DNA of 64,000 nucleotides from Bacillota bacterium (GTDB taxonomy: Bacteria; Bacillota; JAAYKD01): NCBI GenBank assembly GCA_963666425.2, contig OY762825.2:1760001-1824000 (forward strand). The letters are read 5' to 3'. The stretch's first letter is position 1; the number at the start of each line of letters is the position of its first letter. The position numbers and the translations under genes were made by a program. Below the pieces are notes generated by a model that saw nothing but the letters and a program-made list of their open reading frames with translations, did no database searches and was not told where the DNA came from. This document shows positions 9,886-19,545 of the stretch, one piece after another.

Positions 9886-10920
9886 TTATCCGAGATAACC
9901 GTCTGGATCAACCGTTGCGTCCACGGAACTGCCGGTGAGAAAGGCTCGGATCCCTGTCACTTTTGCTTTGATATTGTTGTATGTTTCCACAGGAAGCTCT
10001 TCGCTGAATTCGATGGTTTCATTCGCTGCAATTCTCGTGCTGCAGAGCACTTGCAGGAAAGAACGGTCGGCCGACCAAGTATAAAGCACGGCACCGGCTG
10101 CATCAAGCAACTGGAAATCATATTTCTGACTGCTGGAGTGTTCAATTGTGATGGTTTGATCGGTGTTGTTATGCAGACTGAGCGACATGCGTAAGGAATT
10201 GTCCTCTACCTGCATAGCAGCGACTGCCTGTAAGTGTGGTTTGTAACTGTCCAACAGAGTAACCAAACGGCTGATCACGGTCACCCCTTCGGCACGCAGA
10301 GCCGGAGCGGTGGGATAAAGCATATTTTCACCCCTGCCGTAGATTAGCTTTAGAAGCACAGCGGTGATCACATTTGCTTGATACTCCTCTTTGATTTTAC
10401 CATCATCATTGAAAGGCGCCGGCATCATCAGAATGACTGCATATTTGCCTTCGGTGACATAATTCAGCGCATTAATGATCAAATGAATCATTTCCTGGCG
10501 CTGTAAGATTTGGTTTGGCTGGAAACTATCGGTTTTTTCCACGATGCCAACGGTTACCAGATCATAAAGTGCGCTGGCACCGGGATCTTCGTTTTTCACA
10601 TCGTTAAAGTATTCTGCAATGTCAGTGGCGGCAAAGTAGTTGATTTCAATGCCCAGGGCTTTGTGTAAGGCGCGGGCAAATTCCATGCGGGTGATACTCT
10701 GATCGCCGCGGAAGAGACCATCCGCATCAGCAAAGATCTCTGGGTAGCCGAACTGGCTTGCCTCTGCTTCATACCAAGCACCGAGAATATCCGGATAACT
10801 CTTGGCCATGATGGGCATGATCAGCAGCGGTTCGTTAGGCTCTTCGGCGAATGCCAGCATCGGAAAGGAAGTAAGCAGCATCGTCAGCACAAGCATCAAA
10901 GTAAGTGCAGTTTTTTTCAT
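9886..10920 (-). CDS. Secreted SLH protein with C-terminal BsuPI-like (proteinase inhibitor) domain
   Basis: Signal peptide from MKKTAL (10920), SLH motifs (ITRMEFA, LQRQEMI, LRAEGV), C-terminal NNTDQTITIEHSSSQKYDFQLLD..YTWSADRSFLQ typical of BsuPI. Confidence 0.75.
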   Translation of the reverse strand: MKKTALTLMLVLTMLLTSFPMLAFAEEPNEPLLIMPIMAKSYPDILGAWYEAEASQFGYPEIFADADGLFRGDQSITRMEFARALHKALGIEINYFAATDIAEYFNDVKNEDPGASALYDLVTVGIVEKTDSFQPNQILQRQEMIHLIINALNYVTEGKYAVILMMPAPFNDDGKIKEEYQANVITAVLLKLIYGRGENMLYPTAPALRAEGVTVISRLVTLLDSYKPHLQAVAAMQVEDNSLRMSLSLHNNTDQTITIEHSSSQKYDFQLLDAAGAVLYTWSADRSFLQVLCSTRIAANETIEFSEELPVETYNNIKAKVTGIRAFLTGSSVDATVDPDGYLG

Positions 10921-11096
10921 AGGGATTCTCCTTTGAATTATTCTGATGGTTTTCACCATCTTGTTTTGTTTAGACTGCAATTGTATCTATTTTGTTCCCA
11001 ACGCTCGCCGAAAATTGCTGTCAGAAAACCCGGTCCAGGAAAAATTTCCAAAACCGGGTTTGAAAAAGCTGAAAGGAGAGACTCCGTTTTTAAAGC

Positions 11097-12239
11097 TTAT
11101 TGCAGAACACTTCTTGCTTCCTGCAGTTTTAGGATGATTGACAGATGTTGGGGACAGGCTGCTTCACACGCGCCACAAGCGATACAATACGAAGCATCGG
11201 CATGATTGGTGACTAATTCTTGATAAGCTTTACGCGCATTGCGGACAGCACCCGGATTGGAAGAGCCAAAGAGGTTCCAGGCAGCAAAGACCGCCGGAAT
11301 ATCAACTCCATTGGGGCAAGGCATACAGTAACGGCAGGCAGTGCAGCCGATATTCAGCTTGGAGTGCCAGTAAGCGGAAATTTCTTGTAAAAGATTCAAC
11401 TCGTCTTTTGTCATACATCCCGGAACCATATCAGGCTGACTGCAGATGCGCAGATTGTCTTCTACCTGACTCATTGTGCTCATGCCGGAGAGGATGAGGG
11501 CAACTTCCGGACGGTTTGCTAAAAAGCGCAGCGCCCATTCAACCGGGGTGCGTTTTACCTGGCTTTGCTCGAAGCGTGCAGCGATGTCATCGGGTAAATT
11601 AGCTAAGCGGCCGCCTTGCAGCGGTTCCATGATCACGACACGAATCCCCTTTTTGGCTGCCAATTCTAAACCTTTGAGCGTGGCTTGCCGTTCGGTATCA
11701 AGATAGTTCATTTGGATTTGACAGAAATCCCAGGCATAGCTGTTGATGATTTCTTCAAATACTTCGTAGGAGTCATGAAAACTGAAGCCGTAGTATTTGA
11801 TCTTGCCGGCTTTTTTGGCGGCTTCCGCCCGTTCCCAGAGTTTGTATTTTTTGGTTACGCCCCAGAGTTCAGCATCCAAAGTATGCTGCAGGTAGAAATC
11901 GATTTGATCCACATCAAGCTTTTGCAGTTGTTCATCCAGTAATTGATCCCAATGTTCAGCAGACTGCACTAAATAAGTAGGACTCTTGCTGGCCAGCGCA
12001 GTTTTGGCGCGATAACCGTCTTTGAGGGCTTTCCCAACGACCAGTTCCGAATTGCCGCCGTGATAACCGTAAGCGGTATCGACATAGTTGACGCCCTGAT
12101 CGATGGCGTGACGAATCATTTTGATTGCTTCTGCCTCGTTGATATTTTTATTCTCGCCATTGACAACCGGCAGGCGCATGCAGCCAAAACCGAGCAGAGA
12201 GGGATGATAGTTGATTTTGCCAAATTCACGATATTGCAT
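11097..12239 (-). CDS. Aldo/keto reductase with C-terminal 4Fe-4S dicluster
   Basis: LGFGCMRLP, DTAYGY, GFSFHD; CTACRYCMPCP and CIACGACEAACPQ; start at MQYREFG. Confidence 0.92.
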   Translation of the reverse strand: MQYREFGKINYHPSLLGFGCMRLPVVNGENKNINEAEAIKMIRHAIDQGVNYVDTAYGYHGGNSELVVGKALKDGYRAKTALASKSPTYLVQSAEHWDQLLDEQLQKLDVDQIDFYLQHTLDAELWGVTKKYKLWERAEAAKKAGKIKYYGFSFHDSYEVFEEIINSYAWDFCQIQMNYLDTERQATLKGLELAAKKGIRVVIMEPLQGGRLANLPDDIAARFEQSQVKRTPVEWALRFLANRPEVALILSGMSTMSQVEDNLRICSQPDMVPGCMTKDELNLLQEISAYWHSKLNIGCTACRYCMPCPNGVDIPAVFAAWNLFGSSNPGAVRNARKAYQELVTNHADASYCIACGACEAACPQHLSIILKLQEARSVLQ

Positions 12240-12308
12240 CTGATGGCACATCCTTTCACTTATGTTAGGGTATATTTCTGCACCCGCAGGATAAAGTCCT
12301 TTGCTTTG

Positions 12309-12382
12309 AAAAAAACCGGTTGTCACGAGCAATTCGCAACAACCGATACTCTAATTATAACATGTAAATTTCTTTTTTACAA
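12309..12382 (-). promoter_or_regulatory. sigmaA promoter immediately followed by a terminator-like hairpin upstream of the AKR gene
   Basis: TTGTAA-17-TATAAT (12382-12354), then hairpin CGGTTGTTGCGA/TCGTGACAACCG with a T7 tail. Confidence 0.5.
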
Positions 12383-12443
12383 GTCTTTTTCTGGAGATTG
12401 ATCCGGTGTATAATACAAAGTACTTGTACTTTAGCAATCCTTT

Positions 12444-13283
12444 TTAGAAAGCAACCAACAGTGCTCCCGGTGCCGCGTAGGTACCAATTGCCGGACCGAT
12501 TTCAGAGAGTATAATTTCTAAGGGATGCAGTTCGTCCTGCACCATTTGCACAAAGGCGTACATCCGTTCCTCACAGTCGCCATGGGCAATACCAACCCGC
12601 TGCGGACGTGTGCCTGCGTATTTTTCTTTCATGATGTCGATCAGATAGCGCAGCGCTTTGGCTTCACTGCGAACTTTTTCTTTTACCTTGACAAATCCGT
12701 CAACATCAACATGCACGATCGGTTTGATGGTGAAGAGATTAGCAGCAATATAGGACAAACGCGATACGCGGCCGCCTTTGACGGCATACTCCAGGGTATC
12801 GAGAGCAACATAGACATTGAGTTCGGAGCGTAAGTTTTGCACTTCTAAAAGTATGTCGGAGGTGGAGAGCCCCATTTGACTCATTTCGGCTGCTTTAATT
12901 GCCATGAGAGCAACACCAAGAGAACCGAACAGCGTATCATAGACAGTGACTCGGTTGCCGTACGCTTCACCTGCCAGGCGAAACGCTTGAGCAGTACCGG
13001 AAAGAGAAGAAGAGATTGTCAGGCAAATCACTTCATCATAGTGTTCCAAACTTTCCCGGATCAGTTTCTCACAATTGCCAACAGATGGCTGCGCTGTTTT
13101 TGGCAGATCGGTATGGGTACGACACCAGCGATAAAAATCATCGATGCTTAAGTCGATTCGATCCAAATAGCTTTCTTTGCCAAGCTGCACGAACAAAGGC
13201 GCAACGCCGATATCCCACTTTTTTTGCAGTTCCAAAGGCAAGTCGCAGGTGCTGTCTACCAGGATGCGTACTGACATAGTCAT
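12444..13283 (-). CDS. DegV family fatty-acid-binding protein
   Basis: DSTCDL, PKTAQPS, ISSSLSGT, KGGRVS, IGPAIGTYAAPG. Confidence 0.92.
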   Translation of the reverse strand: MTMSVRILVDSTCDLPLELQKKWDIGVAPLFVQLGKESYLDRIDLSIDDFYRWCRTHTDLPKTAQPSVGNCEKLIRESLEHYDEVICLTISSSLSGTAQAFRLAGEAYGNRVTVYDTLFGSLGVALMAIKAAEMSQMGLSTSDILLEVQNLRSELNVYVALDTLEYAVKGGRVSRLSYIAANLFTIKPIVHVDVDGFVKVKEKVRSEAKALRYLIDIMKEKYAGTRPQRVGIAHGDCEERMYAFVQMVQDELHPLEIILSEIGPAIGTYAAPGALLVAF

Positions 13284-13437
13284 GGCCTCCTTCTAGGGGT
13301 CGCCTGATCTTACAAGCGAACCCGATTACGTCTGTGATCAGAGAATAAACCAGTTTTATTATATACGATTTTTGCGTGATTGACTAGTGGTAATAGTGTG
13401 ACTTTTTTTTGCTTCAAACAGAAAGGAAACGTGTTCT

Positions 13438-15000
13438 ATGCGCTTTTTGATGATGACGATTTTATTTCCGGCCAGTATCAGCCAGAATTTAGGGGAAGCG
13501 ATTGCTTTAGCCCGCCAGGAAAAGAGTTATGCAGAATTACAGACTTCAGATGGTCAGCGTCATTCGGTCACTTATTCGGCTTTGGAGTCGGTGGAATCAT
13601 ATCGTGCCTTATGGGCTTTGGTGCGCAATTGGAAAGGCAGTCAGCACTTAATCGACGGTGTTGAGGTGCCTTATGAGAGTGTGCAGGAGACGATCGACTG
13701 TTATATCGAAGGAGTCCGGATGAGTCAAAAAGACTGGTGCTGGGGTGACGCTACTCAGAGTGCCGCTTACACTCCGCTTTTCCCTTGTCGCTTTATTCCG
13801 ATTTCCGAAGCGAATCATCTGGGTTGGTTCCAATATGGCAGCCTGAATCGGGAGAAGATTTTCATTGTTGATAAAATCAAGCTGCGTCAGCGGATTGATT
13901 ATTATTTAGAAAAGAGCAACGCTCGCTTCTGTCCTTTGCTGGATGGAGCCCGGATTGATGATATTGTCCGACAGTTACCCAGCCGGATTGACCCACAGAA
14001 AGACGATCAATGGATTTATAAACAAGGCTGGGTGAAAGGCCGTTTTCAAATCATCGGTGTGGAAAAACGTCAAGCAAGTAACCGACCGGCGCAGCAGCCA
14101 GCCGCGGCTGCACCGACACGCTCGCAGACCAAAAGTGAGAATCGCAGCAATCAATCAGAAGCGGATCTTGTCATGGCAGAAAGAGATATTCCACTGATCC
14201 ATTATCATCAAATCGGCGGACTTGATTCGGTGATTGCGCAGGTGCGGGAGAATGTGGAACTGCCTTTAAAAATGCCGCAGCTGTTTACGCATCTGGGCAT
14301 CACGCCGCACCGGGGGATTCTGCTTTTCGGCCCTCCCGGCACCGGTAAAACCTTGCTTGCCAAGGCGCTGGCCAATGAATGCCATGCCCATTTTATTTTT
14401 GTCAACGGTCCGGAATTGATTTCCAAGTGGCATGGTGAGACGGAAGCGAATTTACGCAAGATTTTCGAGGAAGCAAAAGCAAAAGCCCCCTCGGTCATCT
14501 TATTTGATGAGGTGGATGCCCTGACACCCGATCGTGACCAGGTTACCCTACATTATGAAGCAGTCGCCGTATCACAGTTGTTATCGTTGATGGACGGCCT
14601 CGTGGACCGCGGCAATGTGATTGTGGTTGGCACAACCAACCGACCGCAGAGTGTGGATGCCGCGTTAAAACGTCCGGGGCGATTGGACCTGCAGCTGGAG
14701 GTTGGCTTTCCCGATAAAGCGGGGCGGGAAGATATTTTGCGCATTCATACCGCCGGTATGCCACTGCGTTCGGATGTCGATCTGGTGCGTTTAGCTGAAC
14801 TGACACCGGAATTCAGCGGAGCGGAGCTGGCTTCTCTTTGCCGTGACGCCGGATTGTTATGTATTCGGGAAAGAATCACCATTGGCAGTCAGGATTTGCT
14901 GCCTGATTTAAGTGATGAGGAAATCGCTTTGATGACCGTCGGGCAGGAACATTTCCTACAGGCATTGAATAATAGAAATGGAGTTTCGCAGAATTACTAA
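13438..15000 (+). CDS. CDC48/PAN-like AAA+ ATPase with uncharacterised Cys/Trp-rich N-terminal domain
   Basis: IGGL..RENVELPL, Walker A GPPGTGKT, pore loop KWHGE, Walker B LFDEVD, SRH TNRP..DAALKRPGRLD; single AAA module. Confidence 0.85.
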   Translation: MRFLMMTILFPASISQNLGEAIALARQEKSYAELQTSDGQRHSVTYSALESVESYRALWALVRNWKGSQHLIDGVEVPYESVQETIDCYIEGVRMSQKDWCWGDATQSAAYTPLFPCRFIPISEANHLGWFQYGSLNREKIFIVDKIKLRQRIDYYLEKSNARFCPLLDGARIDDIVRQLPSRIDPQKDDQWIYKQGWVKGRFQIIGVEKRQASNRPAQQPAAAAPTRSQTKSENRSNQSEADLVMAERDIPLIHYHQIGGLDSVIAQVRENVELPLKMPQLFTHLGITPHRGILLFGPPGTGKTLLAKALANECHAHFIFVNGPELISKWHGETEANLRKIFEEAKAKAPSVILFDEVDALTPDRDQVTLHYEAVAVSQLLSLMDGLVDRGNVIVVGTTNRPQSVDAALKRPGRLDLQLEVGFPDKAGREDILRIHTAGMPLRSDVDLVRLAELTPEFSGAELASLCRDAGLLCIRERITIGSQDLLPDLSDEEIALMTVGQEHFLQALNNRNGVSQNY

Positions 15001-15079
15001 ATAGGTCTTTTTCTGCACAACTATAAAGATAGACGCTCGAAATAAGCAACGAAACAAAAGAACGGGGAGTAATATTTGT

Positions 15080-15970
15080 ATGTTAACCTGGAAGCAGCCG
15101 CGTCCGGAAGACAAAGCTTTATTTGATTCTTTTCTCAGCAGTACGGTGCGCGATAGTTATGAAACCTCCTTTGCCACACTTTATCTTTGGCGGAAATATA
15201 CTCAGCTGGAGTATGCTATCGATCAAGACTTATTGATCCTTTATCATCATAAGCAGGGCTTTGGCAGCTATTATCACCCACCCTATGGCTACAAGAAAGC
15301 AGACTTGCCGGAAATAACGCATAAGCTGCAGGCAGAGCGTCCCACCGATTTTCTATATGGTGAAGTTGATGAGCATTTCGCCTTTGAACTCAAGGAAATG
15401 ATGGGAGATTCGATCGAACTGATTGCTGATCGTGATGATTTTGAATATGTTTACCTGGTTGAAGATTTGATCAATTTATCCGGCCGCCGTTATCATGGTC
15501 AGAAGAATCATTGCAACACCTTTGTCAAACTATATCAGCCAACTTCGACAGCGATTTTGACACCGCAGGTACATGCCGACTGTTATCATCTGCTGCAGCG
15601 CTGGAAAGAAGCCAAAGGGCTGGAAGATTCCGAGCTGATTGCCGAACGCTGTGCAATTGATGAAGCTATGGTGCTGCAGGAGCAACTGCAGCTCGAAAGC
15701 ATTGCTGTTTATGCCGAGGGTCGGGTTGTAGGTTTCGCAATTGGTGAAAAACTGACGGAGGAAATGGCGGTCATCCATTTTGAAAAAGCGGATCCGGCCT
15801 GCCGCGGCGCTTATGCTTATCTCAATCAGCATTTTTTAGCCACGAATTTTCAGCAGCAGCGCTTCGTCAACCGCCAGGAAGACGTTGGCGACGCGGGTTT
15901 ACGAAAAGTAAAAACCGATTATCACCCGATCAAAATGGTGAAAAAATACTATATCCGGAAAGTAAATTAA
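15080..15970 (+). CDS. DUF2156 / aminoacyl-phosphatidylglycerol transferase-like (GNAT-fold) protein
   Basis: DFEYVY..L.G..YH.QKNH.N.F, HFEKAD, VNRQEDVG..GLRK.K..YHP. Confidence 0.8.
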   Translation: MLTWKQPRPEDKALFDSFLSSTVRDSYETSFATLYLWRKYTQLEYAIDQDLLILYHHKQGFGSYYHPPYGYKKADLPEITHKLQAERPTDFLYGEVDEHFAFELKEMMGDSIELIADRDDFEYVYLVEDLINLSGRRYHGQKNHCNTFVKLYQPTSTAILTPQVHADCYHLLQRWKEAKGLEDSELIAERCAIDEAMVLQEQLQLESIAVYAEGRVVGFAIGEKLTEEMAVIHFEKADPACRGAYAYLNQHFLATNFQQQRFVNRQEDVGDAGLRKVKTDYHPIKMVKKYYIRKVN

Positions 15971-16018
15971 GAATCACAGAATCCGCAGCAGGCGGCATAA
16001 AAAAGGAGAGGATGCCGG

Positions 16019-16585
16019 ATGAATCAAAGTCCGATTTTGATGCGCCCTTTGGCGACCAAAGATTTCCCTGCCATTGCCGCCTGGCTGCAGGATGCTTCTT
16101 TTTTGGCTACTTATGATTATGTACCGCCGAAACCGCTGTCGATGTTGGAAATTCTCAGCATCTGGATGCGTTATTTAAGCAATGAGGAAGCGGTGGCGTT
16201 TGCTTTGTGTGAACGGGAAAGCGGCAAGCTGATCGGCTGGTTGGGTTATGACGAATGGGATAAAGAAAATCAATTGGCAACCTTGTTTATTGGGATCGGC
16301 GATAGCGGCATGCGCGGCAAAGGTTACGGTAAAGCTGCGATGCATGAATTGCTCTGCTATGGTTTCGAAAAAATGGGTTTATTTAAAATTCAACTGCAGG
16401 TGCTGCCTTTCAACCTGGCAGGGGTTGCGCTGTATGAACGCTGCGGTTTCGTGCGGGAAGGCACGATGCGCCAAGCAGTTTTGCGCGAAGGAATCCGTTA
16501 TGATTTACTGAATTACGGCTTGTTAAAAAAGGAGTGGGAGAATGCAACTGCAGACAACAAGACTACTCATCCGATCCTTTCTTGA
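16019..16585 (+). CDS. GNAT acetyltransferase (RimJ/RimL-like)
   Basis: IGIGD..RGKGYG, N..LYERCGFVREG. Confidence 0.85.
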   Translation: MNQSPILMRPLATKDFPAIAAWLQDASFLATYDYVPPKPLSMLEILSIWMRYLSNEEAVAFALCERESGKLIGWLGYDEWDKENQLATLFIGIGDSGMRGKGYGKAAMHELLCYGFEKMGLFKIQLQVLPFNLAGVALYERCGFVREGTMRQAVLREGIRYDLLNYGLLKKEWENATADNKTTHPILS

Positions 16586-17102
16586 AACAGATGCGCCCGC
16601 GTTGAGACGTTTGATCATTGATAAAGAAGCATCCCCTATGGCGCTCTATGATCGGGCTTTTCCAAGTGAAGAAGCAGCGATTCTGGAAATGACCAAACGC
16701 TTTGCCGAGGGGGATCAATTTTTTGCTGTTTGTTTGCTGGATAACCCAGAGCTGATTGGTTTTGTCACACTCAACCATCAAAAAGCACCGACCGAACGTA
16801 ATCTGGGTTATTGTTTGCTTTCCGCGCTGCATAAGCAGGGATATGCCAGCGAGATGTGCAGCGCGATGCTTTCTTATGCTTTTCATCAACTTGGGGCAGA
16901 GCGTCTCGTGGCGGGTACCGGCAATGCAAATATCGCCAGCGTTCGGTTGCTGCAGCGTTTGGGTTTTACAAAAACAGGTGAGAGCAGAGTTGCTTTCCGT
17001 AAAAATGTCAACGGGGAGCCGTTCGAGTTTATCGGCAGCGATTATGTTTTGACAAAAGAAGAGTATCAGCAGATTGAAACCAACTCGATGAAACTGCTCT
17101 AG
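16542..17102 (+). CDS. GNAT acetyltransferase (RimJ/RimL-like)
   Basis: LQTTRLLIR, LGYCL..KQGYASE, NIASVRLLQRLGF; overlaps the upstream gene. Confidence 0.85.
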   Translation: MQLQTTRLLIRSFLETDAPALRRLIIDKEASPMALYDRAFPSEEAAILEMTKRFAEGDQFFAVCLLDNPELIGFVTLNHQKAPTERNLGYCLLSALHKQGYASEMCSAMLSYAFHQLGAERLVAGTGNANIASVRLLQRLGFTKTGESRVAFRKNVNGEPFEFIGSDYVLTKEEYQQIETNSMKLL

Positions 17103-17135
17103 AAAATCAGACCATAACAGAGAGAAGGAATCTAC

Positions 17136-18209
17136 TTGCAGCAGCTGCAGCCGGCTGATTTATTGTATCTATCATTACAGCGCCAATCTCTCCTGCAGAA
17201 AACAAGCAAGAAAAAAGTGCTGACCAATCTTTGTGGGCTGCAGGCGCAATTTGCCAATAATCCCAAATACGGACTGCGGATTCGTTCTAACGACTTTCAG
17301 GAAGACGATTGGAATAACGGTTTGGTTAAAATTTGGTCTTTCCGCAGCACGATGCATCTTGTTCTGCAAGAAGAAGTCGGTTTATATCTTTCCGCCAAAG
17401 GGATACCGGATGATTGGCGAGATTCCTGGTATGGTTCCGCCAGAGAGCTAAAGCTGTCGACAACCAATGGTTTTCTGAAAGAAAGCAAGCCTTATTGGTC
17501 GCAGTTTATTTATGAACAGATCGCCGGCGGGGTGTGTGAACGCAGCCAATTGAAAGAAGCATGCCGACGCCAGGGTATGGAGCCGGAACTGCAGCAGCAA
17601 GTGTTTCATGGTTGGGGCGGGCTTTTGAAAGAAATGGCGAGCCGTGGCTTGATCGTTTACGAAGGAGGGACAGCCAAACGCTTTTTGCGCTGCGAAGCTC
17701 CTCTCTTTTTGGAAAAAGATGAAGCCAGACGCATTCTTCTGGAACGCTATTTTCTTGTTTATGGTCCGGCTACCTTAGCCGACTGCGCTGCCTTTACCGG
17801 TTATGGTTTACCGGAAATTCGACGCTTGCTCAAAAAATACGACATTCCTTTGCAGACGGTGGAATGTGAAGGAATCACCTATGCTTATTTAGGTTCGCTG
17901 CAAGGCGATTTGAAGATTCCCACCTGCCTTTTTCTCACCGGTTTCGATCAGATGATTATGGGTTATAAGGATAGAACTCGCTTGTATGACCGTGCGGATC
18001 AGCAGCAGATCATCACTTGTTCCGGCATCGTTTATCCAACGGTACTGCTGCATGGCCGCTTGCAGGCACGCTGGAAATGGGAAAAGAACCAATTGCTGAT
18101 CACTCCGTTCCATGAGATTTCCGCATCTGACCGCGAATTGATTTTAGCAAAAGGGGAAGAGTTATTTGCGGATCTAGGGGTACGAGCAAGCTTCTTGGCC
18201 ATGCCGTAA
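17136..18209 (+). CDS. HTH_42 winged-helix DNA glycosylase family (AlkZ-like)
   Basis: GLQAQ motif, W..RSTMHLV, YGPATLAD, FDQMIMGYKDR. Confidence 0.8.
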   Translation: MQQLQPADLLYLSLQRQSLLQKTSKKKVLTNLCGLQAQFANNPKYGLRIRSNDFQEDDWNNGLVKIWSFRSTMHLVLQEEVGLYLSAKGIPDDWRDSWYGSARELKLSTTNGFLKESKPYWSQFIYEQIAGGVCERSQLKEACRRQGMEPELQQQVFHGWGGLLKEMASRGLIVYEGGTAKRFLRCEAPLFLEKDEARRILLERYFLVYGPATLADCAAFTGYGLPEIRRLLKKYDIPLQTVECEGITYAYLGSLQGDLKIPTCLFLTGFDQMIMGYKDRTRLYDRADQQQIITCSGIVYPTVLLHGRLQARWKWEKNQLLITPFHEISASDRELILAKGEELFADLGVRASFLAMP

Positions 18210-18306
18210 GGAATAGATGATTTTGTGATCGATCACCTGGTTTGTTTTGAGCCAGCGCTTTTTGCAATAGATCGAACAGACCAGACCAATCAGAGAGGGT
18301 GTTTCA

Positions 18307-18882
18307 GTGCAAAAACCGATTATGATCGGCATCGCCGGCGGCAGTGCCAGCGGGAAGTCAACCTTGGCGAATTTGCTGCAGGAAAAGCTGCCTTTTTTAC
18401 GGGTCCTCGTGCTGCATGCCGATCAATATTATAAAAAAATCTTGCCAAAAACCACAGCTCCCTATACCGGTCTTGTTTATGATGAGTATAACCATCCGGA
18501 TGCATTGGAGCTAGATCAGATGTATCAGGATCTTTGCAAGGCCGCTGCGGAAGAATGGGATGTTGTTCTGGCAGAAGGGTTGTTTGTGCTGCAGAACGAT
18601 CAAATCCGCAGCTTACTGGATTTGAAAATCTTCATTGATTGCCGATCAGACGAGAGAGCGGTTCGCCGCTTGCGGCGTAATATGGCCAAAGGTTGGGATT
18701 TTGATGAAATTGCCAATGTCCTGCTGGATTCGGTACGCTACCGTCATGATGAATTTGTTGAGTTATCGCGCTGGCATGCCGATTTAGTGGTCAATGGTTC
18801 TGCGATGCCTTGGCGTGGCACGGAAGCCATTCTGGCCTGGATCGAGCAGCAATGCGGAAGAAGGCGGTCGCAGGTACGCTGA
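18307..18882 (+). CDS. udk: Uridine kinase family protein
   Basis: GIAGGSASGKST, D.YY, NHPDA, EGLFVL, LDLKIFID. Confidence 0.75.
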   Translation: MQKPIMIGIAGGSASGKSTLANLLQEKLPFLRVLVLHADQYYKKILPKTTAPYTGLVYDEYNHPDALELDQMYQDLCKAAAEEWDVVLAEGLFVLQNDQIRSLLDLKIFIDCRSDERAVRRLRRNMAKGWDFDEIANVLLDSVRYRHDEFVELSRWHADLVVNGSAMPWRGTEAILAWIEQQCGRRRSQVR

Positions 18883-18936
18883 CAGCAAAGCAGCTGCAGA
18901 GAAAAAGGACTAGATGGTTCGTTTCATGCGAGCAGA

Positions 18937-18979
18937 AACAATCCCCCGTTTCGGTGATTGACCGAAGCGGGGGATTGTT
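18937..18979. terminator. Terminator hairpin between convergent genes
   Basis: AACAATCCCCCGTTTCGGT..ACCGAAGCGGGGGATTGTT. Confidence 0.8.
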
Positions 18980-18993
18980 ATGCCTATCTTATT

Positions 18994-19509
18994 TTACTTG
19001 TAAGCAGCTTCCACTGCAGTAGTAACCGCAGCTGCGCTGCCTTCCGGAGCGACGATGTAGAGTAAATCGGTATCATAATAAAACCATAAAGCATTGCCGA
19101 GTTTTTTACCTTCTTTGGGCAAATAGCTATCAAAACTGACTTTTTGAGCCGCCTGCCTGGCTTCAATTTTCTCCTTGACCGTATCCATATCTTTGGCATT
19201 CTTTAAGCGTAAAAAAACGATTTCATCACTCAGAATGGATTCCGCACAGAGATAAATAGAAAAGGTATCCAGCTGCTCTGCATCGATATCGAAAAATTTA
19301 TGAAGACGTGTTTCACTCAACTCCAACATTTCCGGAAATTTAGCAGTCTCAATCAGGTCGGCTGCCAGTTGGGCCAAATCCACCGGCTTCGCAGCCGGCT
19401 GCTCCGGAACAGAAGGTGTTGGTGAGGGGGTGCTGGTTTTTGTGCAGCCACCGAAGCATAATACAACTAAAATAAAGAAACAACAAACCAAGCGTGGGAA
19501 TCGCTTCAT
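18994..19509 (-). CDS. DUF4358-like lipoprotein
   Basis: Lipobox-like FGGC, Pro-rich linker, DEIVFLRLK..SFDSYLP. Confidence 0.7.
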   Translation of the reverse strand: MKRFPRLVCCFFILVVLCFGGCTKTSTPSPTPSVPEQPAAKPVDLAQLAADLIETAKFPEMLELSETRLHKFFDIDAEQLDTFSIYLCAESILSDEIVFLRLKNAKDMDTVKEKIEARQAAQKVSFDSYLPKEGKKLGNALWFYYDTDLLYIVAPEGSAAAVTTAVEAAYK

Positions 19510-19545
19510 GAAGATACACTCGCTTTCATCATTCGGTCAAGAGAT

